DNA of 64,000 nucleotides from an uncultured Dehalococcoidia bacterium (GTDB taxonomy: Bacteria; Chloroflexota; Dehalococcoidia; Lucifugimonadales; UBA3495). Made by a program: the position numbers and the translations under genes. Shown here in pieces: positions 1 to 9,123 of the stretch. How positions within the stretch are numbered: position 1 is the stretch's first letter; each line of letters begins with the position of its first letter. The notes beneath the pieces are model-generated. The model was not told where the DNA came from, did no database searches, and worked only from the letters and a program-made list of their open reading frames with translations. The DNA lies in assembly GCA_958296445.1 (NCBI GenBank), contig OY282565.1:3869570-3933569 (forward strand). The letters run 5' to 3'.

Positions 1-2
1 AA

Positions 3-2639
3 CTGGACGCCCAGCTCAATGAAAGGCTGGCCCAGTTCCCCGACGCCATCGCCGTAATCGGCGTTATCCACCCGGAACCACTGCGCGTCGAGGAAGACGT
101 CCAGGCGTCCCTGAAAGCGGAGACCGGCCTGCGCTGGCGAATACACGGCTCCCGCGGAGCCGCCGCCACCGACTGGCCCCAGCGCTCCGGTTCCGTCATA
201 GACCTAGCCGACCACTTGCGCTTGCTCCCTATGGAGCTGGAAGGGGCCGACAAAGTCGCCGCCGCCACCGAAGTAGTCCGTTACGCCCTAGAGCAGGCCG
301 TTGCGCCGGTTCGCCAGCACGAGCGCATTTCCGCCCGCATCGCCGCCATCATCGCCGAAGCCGACAAGGAAAGCGACCGCATGGCCGCCCTCCATATCGG
401 CTGCCTAGTTCTGTTCAACGCCCTAGCCTTTCAAGACCGCCTGGCCGCCGCCAACCCCGACGTGCCTACCGTGCGCGAATCGTGGAATGACGGCCTGAAC
501 GGCATCCGCCAAGTATGGCAGGCCATCTGCGACGATATTGATTACGTGCCGGTCTTTGACATCGCCGGGCAGATTGCCGAGGTTCTGAGCGACGGCCCGG
601 ACGGCCTTCAGCCGGCCGTGATGGAGCCGTTGATTCGGGCGATGGCCGACACCCGGCAGCTTGAGGGCCACGACCTTTCCGGGCGCCTGTTCCACACCCT
701 GTTGACCGACGCCAAGTTTACCGGCGCCTACTACACCTCCGTTCCCGCGGCTACCCTGCTGTCGCGGCTGGTGTTCGAGGGCTGGCCCCCCGGCGTGGAC
801 TGGAGCGACCACGAATTCCCCGCGTCCCTCAACGTCGCCGACCTAGCCTGCGGCACCGGCACCCTGCTGATGGCCGTAGCCGCCGAAGCCCAGCGCCGCC
901 ACGAATCCGCCGGCGGCCAAAACGCCCCCGCCCTGCACAAAGCGATGGTGGAGCAGGCCATCCATGGCTACGACGTCCAGCTATCCGCCATCCACTTCGC
1001 CGCCACCAGCCTAGCAATGCTCAACCCCGATATACAGTTCGACCGGATGAACCTCTACGTTATGCCTTTGGGGGTGGACGATTCCGGCGTGTCTCTGGGT
1101 TCCCTAGATTTCTTGGATGATTATGACGCCACGGTTCAGCACGCCCTGTCCCCGGAAACCCTAGGGGTGGTAGAGGAAAACGTGGAGCGCGTGTCGGGCA
1201 GCGGCGCCCAAAGAGCGGGCCGCGCCACCCTGCCCAACCTAGACTTGGCGATAATGAACCCGCCCTTCACCCGCTCCGTAGGCGGCAACCTCCTGTTCGG
1301 CAACCGCCAGCCCGCAGACCGCCGCAAACTTCAGGACGAGCTTTCCCGCCGGTTGCGAGAGCGGCAGGCGTCATCCACCGCCGGATTAGGCGCCGCTTTC
1401 GTCGCGGCCGTCGCCCCCCGCCTGCGCCCCGGCGAGGGCCGCCTAGCCCTAGTTCTGCCCGGCACGGTATGCACTGGCTCATCGTGGGAGCAGACCCGCG
1501 CCCTTATCGAGCAGGAATTTGTTTTGGATATGGTGGTCACTTCCCACGACCCCCAACGCTGGAACTTCTCCGACAGCACTGATTTATCCGAAGTTTTGAT
1601 AATCGCCACCCGCCGCCGGAATCACAAAGTTTCTAACGGATGGGGTACTAGGTTCGTCAATTTGTGGCGAAATCCCAGCGGCATAATTGACGCGCACCGC
1701 ACGGCCGCAGCCATCAGCGCCACTAGGCCGGTGCGGTTTGAGGACGCTGCCTCCGCAGTGATTCGGGATGGCGGCCAGCCAATTGGCGAATTGATTGCAA
1801 TGCCCGAATCAATTACTGAATCCAACCGCTGGCTGGCAATACAGTTCGCCCGCCTAGATGTGTTGCGTCCCGCCCTGCGCCTGCTTAATAACGGCGTAGT
1901 GTCTTTGCCCGGCGCAAGGCCCGCCCTTATGATGACCCCGGGCAACGTTCCCCTTTGCCGTTTGGACGAGTTGGCGGAAATCGGCCCCGATGTCCGTGAC
2001 CTCCGGGACGGTTTTGACCCGGTAAGCTACGAAACCACCTATCCGATGGTAGAAAACCACGAAACCGATTACCGGAAAGGCTTGGTAGCCGAAATCAATA
2101 AATACTTGGAACCGTTGCAAGAGCCGCGCCGGGGCAGGCGACTCAAATCCACCGTTGAACTATGGAAAAAGGCCGGCCACCTGCTGATTGCCGAAAGGTT
2201 GCGACTCAATACGGCCCGCATGATAGCGATGTGCGCCAATCAGGAAGTTTTGTCCAACGTCTGGTGGCCGGTCAATACCAATAACCGCGATTGGGATAAA
2301 GCCCTGGCGTTGTGGTTTAACAGCAGTCCGGGCATTTTGGCCTTTCTTGCCAGCCGCAACAGCACTGAAGGCGGCTGGATCAGGATGCGAAAAACCGACT
2401 TGTCGGCCCTGCCCGTCCTGGATGTGCGGGCCTTGCCCCCGGAACAACTACAGGCGATGTCCGCCCTTTTCGACGAATTGGCGGATCTGGAGTTCCAACG
2501 CCTGCCCGCAATGGCGGAATGTGAAGCCCGCCGCGCCCTAGACGACGGCCTGTCAACCATCCTAAACCTCCCCAACCTGCACCCCCTCCGCCGGATGCTG
2601 GCCTCAGAGCCGGTAGTAACCAACCGCCGCCTAGTGTAA
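3..2639 (+). CDS. Large N6-adenine DNA methyltransferase-like protein (HsdM-type core plus long C-terminal TRD-like region); 5' end lies outside the window
   Basis: The reading frame is open from nt 3 to the track start at 216 (no stop), so the gene is truncated by the window edge. SAM motif I 'DLACGTGTLLMA', catalytic motif IV 'LAIMNPPFTRS', then 'GRLALVLPG..SSWEQTRALIEQEFVLDMVV', typical of N6_Mtase cores. About 330 aa follow with no motif I recognise. Confidence 0.7.
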   Translation: MDAQLNERLAQFPDAIAVIGVIHPEPLRVEEDVQASLKAETGLRWRIHGSRGAAATDWPQRSGSVIDLADHLRLLPMELEGADKVAAATEVVRYALEQAVAPVRQHERISARIAAIIAEADKESDRMAALHIGCLVLFNALAFQDRLAAANPDVPTVRESWNDGLNGIRQVWQAICDDIDYVPVFDIAGQIAEVLSDGPDGLQPAVMEPLIRAMADTRQLEGHDLSGRLFHTLLTDAKFTGAYYTSVPAATLLSRLVFEGWPPGVDWSDHEFPASLNVADLACGTGTLLMAVAAEAQRRHESAGGQNAPALHKAMVEQAIHGYDVQLSAIHFAATSLAMLNPDIQFDRMNLYVMPLGVDDSGVSLGSLDFLDDYDATVQHALSPETLGVVEENVERVSGSGAQRAGRATLPNLDLAIMNPPFTRSVGGNLLFGNRQPADRRKLQDELSRRLRERQASSTAGLGAAFVAAVAPRLRPGEGRLALVLPGTVCTGSSWEQTRALIEQEFVLDMVVTSHDPQRWNFSDSTDLSEVLIIATRRRNHKVSNGWGTRFVNLWRNPSGIIDAHRTAAAISATRPVRFEDAASAVIRDGGQPIGELIAMPESITESNRWLAIQFARLDVLRPALRLLNNGVVSLPGARPALMMTPGNVPLCRLDELAEIGPDVRDLRDGFDPVSYETTYPMVENHETDYRKGLVAEINKYLEPLQEPRRGRRLKSTVELWKKAGHLLIAERLRLNTARMIAMCANQEVLSNVWWPVNTNNRDWDKALALWFNSSPGILAFLASRNSTEGGWIRMRKTDLSALPVLDVRALPPEQLQAMSALFDELADLEFQRLPAMAECEARRALDDGLSTILNLPNLHPLRRMLASEPVVTNRRLV

Positions 2640-2652
2640 AGACGCCAAGAAA

Positions 2653-3069
2653 TCAGTCGCCCACCGCCGCCACCGTCAGCCTATGCCCCACGGCCCTCAG
2701 CGCGGCGTCCATATCATCCAGCCGCGAGCGGTGATTGATGTCCACCACCCGGTCCACTTGCGTCAAACGCCAGTCCAGCCGCCGCGCCAACTCTGCCTTG
2801 CCGATGCCCTGTTCCCGCATCCCTTGATACAGCATCACCTTAGCCGTGATAATCGTCGGCAATTCAGCGCATTCCGCGCCTTGCGACGGCAAGGGAATAT
2901 CTTTCCCGTCATACATACGGGCTGCGATGGCTTCCTCCAGCGCGTCAACAGCACGAGCGACAGCCTCATCCCGGTCATCCCCAAAGGTGGTGAGTTCGGG
3001 AAAGTCCGGGGATGTGACCAAGAAAGTGTCATTATCGTCCGGTTCAAGGATTACAGGATAAGAAAGCAT
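2653..3069 (-). CDS. hicB: HicB-family antitoxin (type II TA)
   Basis: The conserved N-terminus 'MLSYPVILEPDDNDTFLVTSPDFPELTTFGDDRDEA' starts at an internal ATG (3069). The C-terminal HTH-like 'GIGKAELARRLDWRLTQVDRV' is present. The track ORF 2653..3231 is over-extended. The start overlaps the hicA stop (TAATG). Confidence 0.85.
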   Translation of the reverse strand: MLSYPVILEPDDNDTFLVTSPDFPELTTFGDDRDEAVARAVDALEEAIAARMYDGKDIPLPSQGAECAELPTIITAKVMLYQGMREQGIGKAELARRLDWRLTQVDRVVDINHRSRLDDMDAALRAVGHRLTVAAVGD

Positions 3070-3254
3070 TATTCCAGCCCCAAGTCTTTCTTGATTTTGG
3101 CGACGAGCCATCGTCCCAATTCTTTGCTGCCGTGCATAGGCAATTGTGTTGTGCGGTTGCCCAACCTCACCGTTACATGGCTGCCCCCTCCCCGGTGCGG
3201 GTGGAAAGTGCAACCCCGTGCGCGGAGCCATCGGCGGAGTTCGTTGGAGCTCAT
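3069..3254 (-). CDS. hicA: HicA-family mRNA interferase toxin
   Basis: 61-aa product 'MSSNELRRWLRARGCTFHPHRGGGSHVTVRLGNRTTQLPMHGSKELGRWLVAKIKKDLGL' matches the HicA/YcfA pattern (G.H....lP.H..kel). The start was trimmed from the track ORF 3069..3389. Confidence 0.85.
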   Translation of the reverse strand: MSSNELRRWLRARGCTFHPHRGGGSHVTVRLGNRTTQLPMHGSKELGRWLVAKIKKDLGLE

Positions 3255-3345
3255 AGCAACAGTATACCGGAACCGCTTTCGCCCCGCATCCGCCCCGCCT
3301 GCGGTATGATATGCGTCAACCCGCAAACGCATCAGGAGGCAAGCA

Positions 3346-4281
3346 ATGAAAGTAGGGTTCATAGGCTTAGGAACAATGGGGGCCAGCATGGCCTACAACT
3401 GCCTGCAAGGCGGCAACGAAATGGTGGTTCACGACATCCGCCGCGAATCCGCCACCCAGCACCTAGAAGCGGGCGCGGTATGGGCCGATTCGCCCCGCGA
3501 GGTGGCCGAAGCAACGGAAATCGTATTCACTTCGCTACCCGGCCCCGTCGAAGTGGAAGCCGTAGGGCTGGGCGACGACGGGATTCTCGAGGGTATGAGC
3601 GAGGGCAAAGTCTATTTCGACCTCAGCACCAGCACTCCCACCCTGATTCGCCGCATCCACGAACAGGCCGCCGCCCGCGGCATCCACGTGCTGGACGCCC
3701 CGGTAAGCGGCGGCCCCCGCGGCGCCCGCACCCGCAACCTAGCCATCTGGGTAGGCGGCGACCGGGAAGTTTACGACCGTTGCAAGCCGGTGCTGGACAG
3801 CATCGGCGACAAAGCCTACTACGTCGGCCCCATCGGCTGCGGGGCCATCGCCAAGCTGGTGCATAACTGCACCGGCTACATCGTGCAGGCGGCGCTGGCC
3901 GAGGTGTTCACGATGGGCGTCAAGGCCGGCGTGGAGCCGCTGGCCCTCTGGCAGGCAGTGCGCAAGGGCGCCCAGGGCCGCCGCGGAACCTTCGAGGGCC
4001 TAGCCGAACACCTGCTCCCCGGCAACTTCGACCCCCCCGACTTCGCCCTGCGCCTAGCCCGCAAAGACGTAGACCTAGCCGTAGGCGTAGGCCGCGAGTA
4101 CGACGTCCCCATGCGCCTAGCCCAACTAACGCTCCAAGAAATGACCGAAGCCGTAAACCGCGGCTGGGGCCACCGAGACTCCCGCGTAGCCATGCTGCTC
4201 CAAGAAGAACGCGCCGGCGTAGAAGTCCGCGCCGACCAAGCCGCCCTAAACGCAGCCCTAGAGGAGGAACGGGGCGGGTAA
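3346..4281 (+). CDS. NAD(P)-dependent beta-hydroxyacid dehydrogenase (3-hydroxyisobutyrate/6-phosphogluconate DH family)
   Basis: N-terminal Rossmann motif 'MKVGFIGLGTMGASMA', then 'DAPVSGG' and 'KLVHN', characteristic of the MmsB/GarR family. Confidence 0.85.
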   Translation: MKVGFIGLGTMGASMAYNCLQGGNEMVVHDIRRESATQHLEAGAVWADSPREVAEATEIVFTSLPGPVEVEAVGLGDDGILEGMSEGKVYFDLSTSTPTLIRRIHEQAAARGIHVLDAPVSGGPRGARTRNLAIWVGGDREVYDRCKPVLDSIGDKAYYVGPIGCGAIAKLVHNCTGYIVQAALAEVFTMGVKAGVEPLALWQAVRKGAQGRRGTFEGLAEHLLPGNFDPPDFALRLARKDVDLAVGVGREYDVPMRLAQLTLQEMTEAVNRGWGHRDSRVAMLLQEERAGVEVRADQAALNAALEEERGG

Positions 4282-4321
4282 GGCTGCGATACATCAGCCC
4301 GATGAGGCAGGTGATGGCCTT

Positions 4322-4828
4322 TTGGTGGTAGTATACCGTCAAGACTATTGGCGCGAAGGCGAGGAGCCATTGCCTTTGGTGGAAGATGCAGTTGCGGCTG
4401 AAAAGGTGTGGGGCGTATTGGAACGGCTCACGCCGCTTGGATGGCAAACTGAGTCATACCGGGCTCAACTGCATCTGAAAACATCCGGCAGCCGGGTAGA
4501 AAAAAGGGACAGCTTCTTGATGGAAGCCCATCAAGAGAAAGACCGGCAAATCATCATCAGGCTTTGGCAGGGCAATAAACTGCTGCGCCGGGCGCATATC
4601 GGCAAAGGCCATCAAGAACCCGATGGCGGCCCCTTTTTCTGTGGGCCGCATATCCATTTTCCTACTACAGTATTTCGCGAGATAGGTGGCAGACAAGCGC
4701 GAACCAGAGTATATCACTGGAGTGTGCCGGAAGAAATTTCGCTCAGAGACGCTATCGCTTTGTTCGCGCTCGAAATAAATCTAACCACAGAAATGCCGGA
4801 GCCGGAGATTCGGAGAGAATTTCAATGA
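4322..4828 (+). CDS. Hypothetical protein with His-rich motif (GKGHQEPDGGPFFCGPHIHFP)
   Basis: 168-aa ORF with a TTG/GTG start (4322/4325; the first in-frame ATG is only at residue 66). Its stop overlaps the next gene's ATG (ATGA at 4825-4828). The region is AT-richer than the flanks. I recognise no family. Confidence 0.5.
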   Translation: MVVVYRQDYWREGEEPLPLVEDAVAAEKVWGVLERLTPLGWQTESYRAQLHLKTSGSRVEKRDSFLMEAHQEKDRQIIIRLWQGNKLLRRAHIGKGHQEPDGGPFFCGPHIHFPTTVFREIGGRQARTRVYHWSVPEEISLRDAIALFALEINLTTEMPEPEIRREFQ

Positions 4829-5772
4829 ATTGCGAACATTTCAAAACGATCATTGACAGACAATTTTCCGACTGGATGATGGTCAAGCCTCATAAAATGG
4901 CAGGCGGCCGTGAAGTGTGCCGGGTAACTATGCCATTGCTCGAACCGAACGGCGACGTAATCACAGTCTATTTGACGGAAAGAGATGGGCGATTTCTAGT
5001 CGAGGACGGCGGACACATAGCCGGATTGTTGTCCGATTTGAGCTACGGAAAGCCAACCCAAAAGCATTGGAATATCGTAGACCGGCAACTTTACCACACT
5101 GGTCTGAAGAAAAACCCGGCTACCGGAATAGTATATGTTGAAGCGGACGAAAGCGGCCTGCGCTACTGGATGACCGAGGTAGCCCAGCTTATGGCAGTGT
5201 TGCCGCATCTGTTGCCGGAGCCGTCAAGTCCTCTACGATATTTGGTGTCCGATGAAAATTCAGCCAGTTTGTCGGAATTGCCGCAAACCGCTAGGGAAGT
5301 GTCGAAAAAGCTGTCGGAATTGCCGCAAACCGCTAGGGAAGTGTCGGAAAAACTGAAAGAAGTCAGATTCTATGACGCAATTCAGTTTAATCAAATGGTA
5401 TTGGGACAGGCGGGCATTAAACGACGAGTCGAATTCGCCTACAATACTTGGCAGTCTGGTTTTGGGATAGGGAAAGCGGTTTACGTTCTCGCTTTTGACC
5501 TGAATGTAAAAAACCCGCTGGAGAAGGCTGGCAGGAAATTGGCCGTTGCCAATGACCTAGCATGGTCAACGCCGAGCTACAGCGATTGGAAAGTAGATGT
5601 CCGCTTAGTCTACGGTTTGAGGCCGGGCATTTGGGAAGATGCGCCAGAAGCCCGATTGCTGACCGCTGCCGGAGAAAAATCGGAGCTTAATTGCTACTGT
5701 TGGGATGACCCCGGCCAACAGAGCAAATTTATAGCCGACGTCTCGGAAGACCTGTCGCTCCCGGAAAGCTAG
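4825..5772 (+). CDS. Hypothetical protein, DUF1828/DUF1829-like (tentative)
   Basis: 315-aa ORF translationally coupled to the upstream ORF. The N-terminal pattern 'PNGDVITVYLTERDGRFLVEDGGH' resembles what I recall of DUF1828 (not verifiable here). It contains an in-frame 14-aa tandem duplication. Confidence 0.55.
   Translation: MNCEHFKTIIDRQFSDWMMVKPHKMAGGREVCRVTMPLLEPNGDVITVYLTERDGRFLVEDGGHIAGLLSDLSYGKPTQKHWNIVDRQLYHTGLKKNPATGIVYVEADESGLRYWMTEVAQLMAVLPHLLPEPSSPLRYLVSDENSASLSELPQTAREVSKKLSELPQTAREVSEKLKEVRFYDAIQFNQMVLGQAGIKRRVEFAYNTWQSGFGIGKAVYVLAFDLNVKNPLEKAGRKLAVANDLAWSTPSYSDWKVDVRLVYGLRPGIWEDAPEARLLTAAGEKSELNCYCWDDPGQQSKFIADVSEDLSLPES
5272..5355 (+). repeat. In-frame 42-bp tandem duplication (2 copies) inside the CDS
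   Basis: tcggaattgccgcaaaccgctagggaagtgtcgaaaaagctg / tcggaattgccgcaaaccgctagggaagtgtcggaaaaactg, encoding SELPQTAREVSKKL / SELPQTAREVSEKL. Confidence 0.95.
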
Positions 5773-5775
5773 GGC

Positions 5776-7236
5776 CTAACCCCCCCTCCACCGCAGGTCG
5801 GGCCGCCGCGCCGCCTGCGCCTCGTCCAGCCGCGCCACCGGCGTCGTATGCGGCGCACTCCGCACCAGCTCGGCATCCTGCGTAATCTCCCCGTCTATCC
5901 GCTTCAGCGCGTCCACGAACTCATCAATAGTTTCCCGCGTTTCCGACTCCGTCGGCTCAATCATCAGACATTCCGGCACTATCAGCGGGAAATACATCGT
6001 TGGCGCGTGAAACCCGTAATCCAGCAGCCGCTTGGCGATTTCCAGCCCCCCCGCGCCTCGCGCCTTCTGCCAGTCGGCGGAAAAGACCGCTTCGTGCATA
6101 CAAGCGCGGTCATAAGGCAGATGGTACACATCCCGCAGCGCGTTCATCATATAGTTGGCGTTCAGCACCGCGTTGCCGCTGATCGAGCGGATGCCCGCCG
6201 CGCCCAGAGTGCGGATGTAGGTATAGGCCCGCACCAGCACGCCAAAATTGCCGTGAAATCCGGCCAGCTTGCCGATGCTGGACTCGGGCGCAGTCAAGCG
6301 ATAGCCGTCGGCGCCCGCACCGGCCACCACCGGCGCGGCCAGATACGGGGCCAGCCGCTCCGTGGCGCAGACCGGCCCGGCGCCCGGCCCGCCGCCGCCG
6401 TGGGGCGTGCTGAAAGTCTTGTGCAGGTTCAGATGAGCCACGTCAAAGCCCAGATCGCCCAGCTTCACCCGGCCCAGCAGCGCGTTCATATTGGCCCCGT
6501 CGCCGTAGACCAGCCCCCCCGCGTTATGCACGATTCGGCAAACCTCAACGATGCTGGTATCGAACAGTCCGAGGGTGCTGGGCAGCGTAATCATCACCCC
6601 GGCCAGGCTGTCATCGGCCACTTCGTGCAACGCCTCCAAGTCTACGTTGCCCTGGCTGTTGGATGCCAGCTCCACCACCTCGAAACCGGCCATAGCCGCC
6701 GACGCCGGATTAGTGCCGTGGGCGCTGTCGGGAATCGCCACCTTGGTGCGCCCGGTTTCGCCCCGGGCCTGGAGATAGGCCCGCACCATCAGCATACCGG
6801 CCAGCTCACCGTGGGCCCCGGCCAGCGTCGCCAGACTCACCGCGGGCAGTCCGGTGATTTCCCCCAAAAACTCTTGCAGGCGGTACAGCAGCTCCAGCGC
6901 CCCCTGCGACTGCGCGGCGGGCTGCAAGGGATGGATTCCGGCGAATCCGGGTAGAAACGCGGTTTCGTCGTTTATCTTGGGGTTGTACTTCATAGTACAA
7001 CTGCCCAGCGGGTAAAAGTGGGTGTCTATAGAAAAGTTGCGCTGGCTAAGGCCGGTAAAATACTGCACCACCTCCGGCTCCGAAAGCTCCGGCAGGGGCA
7101 GCTCATCGCGCAACAACGCCCCGTCGGGCAACGGCGCGGACGGCACGTCGCACTCCGGCAGCACGCACCCGGCCCGGCCCGGCACGCTGCGCTCCATCAG
7201 CAGTTTAGACGTATCCCGGTTTCCGCCTTGACGCAT
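5776..7236 (-). CDS. gcvPB: Glycine dehydrogenase (decarboxylating) subunit 2
   Basis: 'FYPLGSCTMKYNPK', 'NLHKTFSTPHGGGGPG' (PLP-lysine region). The start is set at ATG 7236 (MRQGGNRD...). The upstream part of the 600-aa track ORF runs through the intergenic repeat and gcvPA. Confidence 0.9.
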   Translation of the reverse strand: MRQGGNRDTSKLLMERSVPGRAGCVLPECDVPSAPLPDGALLRDELPLPELSEPEVVQYFTGLSQRNFSIDTHFYPLGSCTMKYNPKINDETAFLPGFAGIHPLQPAAQSQGALELLYRLQEFLGEITGLPAVSLATLAGAHGELAGMLMVRAYLQARGETGRTKVAIPDSAHGTNPASAAMAGFEVVELASNSQGNVDLEALHEVADDSLAGVMITLPSTLGLFDTSIVEVCRIVHNAGGLVYGDGANMNALLGRVKLGDLGFDVAHLNLHKTFSTPHGGGGPGAGPVCATERLAPYLAAPVVAGAGADGYRLTAPESSIGKLAGFHGNFGVLVRAYTYIRTLGAAGIRSISGNAVLNANYMMNALRDVYHLPYDRACMHEAVFSADWQKARGAGGLEIAKRLLDYGFHAPTMYFPLIVPECLMIEPTESETRETIDEFVDALKRIDGEITQDAELVRSAPHTTPVARLDEAQAARRPDLRWRGG

Positions 7237-7298
7237 TATTTTCTCCCCGGGGTTTTTAACGCAGAGTTCGCAGAGGGGTACGCAAAGGGCGCAGAGTT

Positions 7299-8654
7299 TT
7301 ATATTGCGCCCAAGACGTCTGCCAGTTGTTCGATTTCGTTGCGGGTGTTCATTTCGGTCACGCAGAGCAGCATCCCGTTGGGGTAGCGGTCGCTCACGTC
7401 CAGCCCGCCGAGGATATTGCGCTCCATCAGCCGCCGGTTGATTTCGGCGGGCGGCGCCGGGCATTGGGCCACAAACTCGCGGAAAAAGGAGCCGGCCCCG
7501 TTGCCCGGATAACCGGCCACCGAGTAGCCCGGCAACGCGGCAATGCGCGACGCCGCGTACTGCGACTTGTGGTAGCACAACTCGGCCACCTGCCGCAGCC
7601 CCGACTTGCCCAACGCCGCCAGATAAATGGTTGACGCCAAAGCGTACAGGGCCTCGTTGGTGCAGATATTAGACGTAGCCCGCTCCCGCCGGATATGTTG
7701 TTCCCGCGTTTGTAGCGTCAGCACATAACCCGTCTGCCCGTTGCGGTCTACCGTGCGGCCCGACAACCGGCTGGGCATTTGCCGGATGTATTCCTGCTTG
7801 GTGGCGAACAGCCCCACGTAAGGCCCGCCGTAGCTGGGCGGAATCCCCAGCGGCTGCCCCTCGCCGGTAACGATGTCGGCCCCGTAATCCCCCGGCGGAC
7901 GGAACATCCCCGCCGCGATGGGGTCACACGACACCACCGACAGCCCGCCCGCGCTATGGGCCGTTTCCACTAACCGGCCCAAATCCTCAATGCCGCCGTA
8001 GAAGTTGGGATACTGTGATACCAAGCAGGCGGTATCGGAGAGATTACTCTCACCCCCCACTCCTATATCCTCACTCCGCACCGTAGCCACCTCGATTTGT
8101 TGCGGGCGGCAATATGCTTCGATGACGCTGCGATAGGCGGGCGACACCGTATCCAGCGCCGCCACCCGCTCCCGCCGCGTCACCCGGCAAGCCATCAGCG
8201 CGGCCTCGGCCAGGCTGGTCGCCCCGTCATACATCCCGGCGTTGGCGACTTCCATTCCGTACAGGTTGCAGATTAGCGTCTGAAATTCGTAAATAACCTG
8301 CAACGTGCCTTGACTAGCCTCGGCCTGGTATGGGGTGTAGGCAGTGATGAACTCGCCGCGGGTCACCAGCGCTTTGACGATGGCCGGGATAAAGTGATGA
8401 TAGGAACCGGCCCCCAAAAACGATGGCCCGCTACCCAGCGGCCGGTTGCGCCCGGCCAGCCCCCCCAGCTCCCGCTGTATCTCCAGCTCCGCCATCGGCG
8501 CGGGCAGCCGCAGCGAGGGGTTGCGGTGTTCCGCCGGTATGTCGGCGAAAAGCTCTTCAATGGACGACAAGCCGAGGGAAGCCAGCATTCCGGCCTGCTC
8601 CCCGGTAGTGTTGGGAATGTAATGGGACTGAAAATGCCCGTTGCCGTGGTCCAT
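7299..8654 (-). CDS. gcvPA: Glycine dehydrogenase (decarboxylating) subunit 1
   Basis: 'HYIPNTTGEQAGMLASLGLSSIEELFADIP', 'FLGAGSYHHFIPA', 'TAYTPYQAEASQGTLQ' are typical of GcvPA. Confidence 0.9.
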   Translation of the reverse strand: MDHGNGHFQSHYIPNTTGEQAGMLASLGLSSIEELFADIPAEHRNPSLRLPAPMAELEIQRELGGLAGRNRPLGSGPSFLGAGSYHHFIPAIVKALVTRGEFITAYTPYQAEASQGTLQVIYEFQTLICNLYGMEVANAGMYDGATSLAEAALMACRVTRRERVAALDTVSPAYRSVIEAYCRPQQIEVATVRSEDIGVGGESNLSDTACLVSQYPNFYGGIEDLGRLVETAHSAGGLSVVSCDPIAAGMFRPPGDYGADIVTGEGQPLGIPPSYGGPYVGLFATKQEYIRQMPSRLSGRTVDRNGQTGYVLTLQTREQHIRRERATSNICTNEALYALASTIYLAALGKSGLRQVAELCYHKSQYAASRIAALPGYSVAGYPGNGAGSFFREFVAQCPAPPAEINRRLMERNILGGLDVSDRYPNGMLLCVTEMNTRNEIEQLADVLGAI

Positions 8655-8699
8655 CCGTATCTCCAGATTCGAGCGGGTAGCTTTCGTTGGGGTAAATCG

Positions 8700-9107
8700 T
8701 CAGTGCAGCCCGGAGATATAGGCGTCGTATTCCTCTGCCGACAGCAGCGAGTCTATCTCCGACGGGTCGGACATCGTTACGCGGAGCAGCCAGCCCTCGC
8801 CGAAGGGGTCGTTGTTGGTAAGCTCCGGCTGGTCGCCCAAGCCGGGGTTGACCTCGATTACCTCGCCGCTCACCGGGGAAAACAGGTCGGATACGGCCTT
8901 GACCGATTCCACCTCGCCCATCTTGCCCAAGTGGGAAAGGCTGTCGCCAACCCGGGGCAGCTCGAAATAGACAATATCGCCCAACTGCTCTTGGGCGTAG
9001 TGGGTGATGCCCACCTGCGCCCGGCGGCTGGCGGCGTCTTCAACGATAATCCACTCATGTTCGCGGGTATAACTTCTGTCGTTGGGATTCATGTCGTTGG
9101 GACTCAT
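8700..9107 (-). CDS. gcvH: Glycine cleavage system H protein
   Basis: 'YTREHEWI...VGITHYAQEQLGDIVYFELP' and the lipoyl-lysine context 'EVESVKAVSDLFSPVSGEV'. Confidence 0.9.
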   Translation of the reverse strand: MSPNDMNPNDRSYTREHEWIIVEDAASRRAQVGITHYAQEQLGDIVYFELPRVGDSLSHLGKMGEVESVKAVSDLFSPVSGEVIEVNPGLGDQPELTNNDPFGEGWLLRVTMSDPSEIDSLLSAEEYDAYISGLH

Positions 9108-9123
9108 AGGGATGCTCTGCTCC

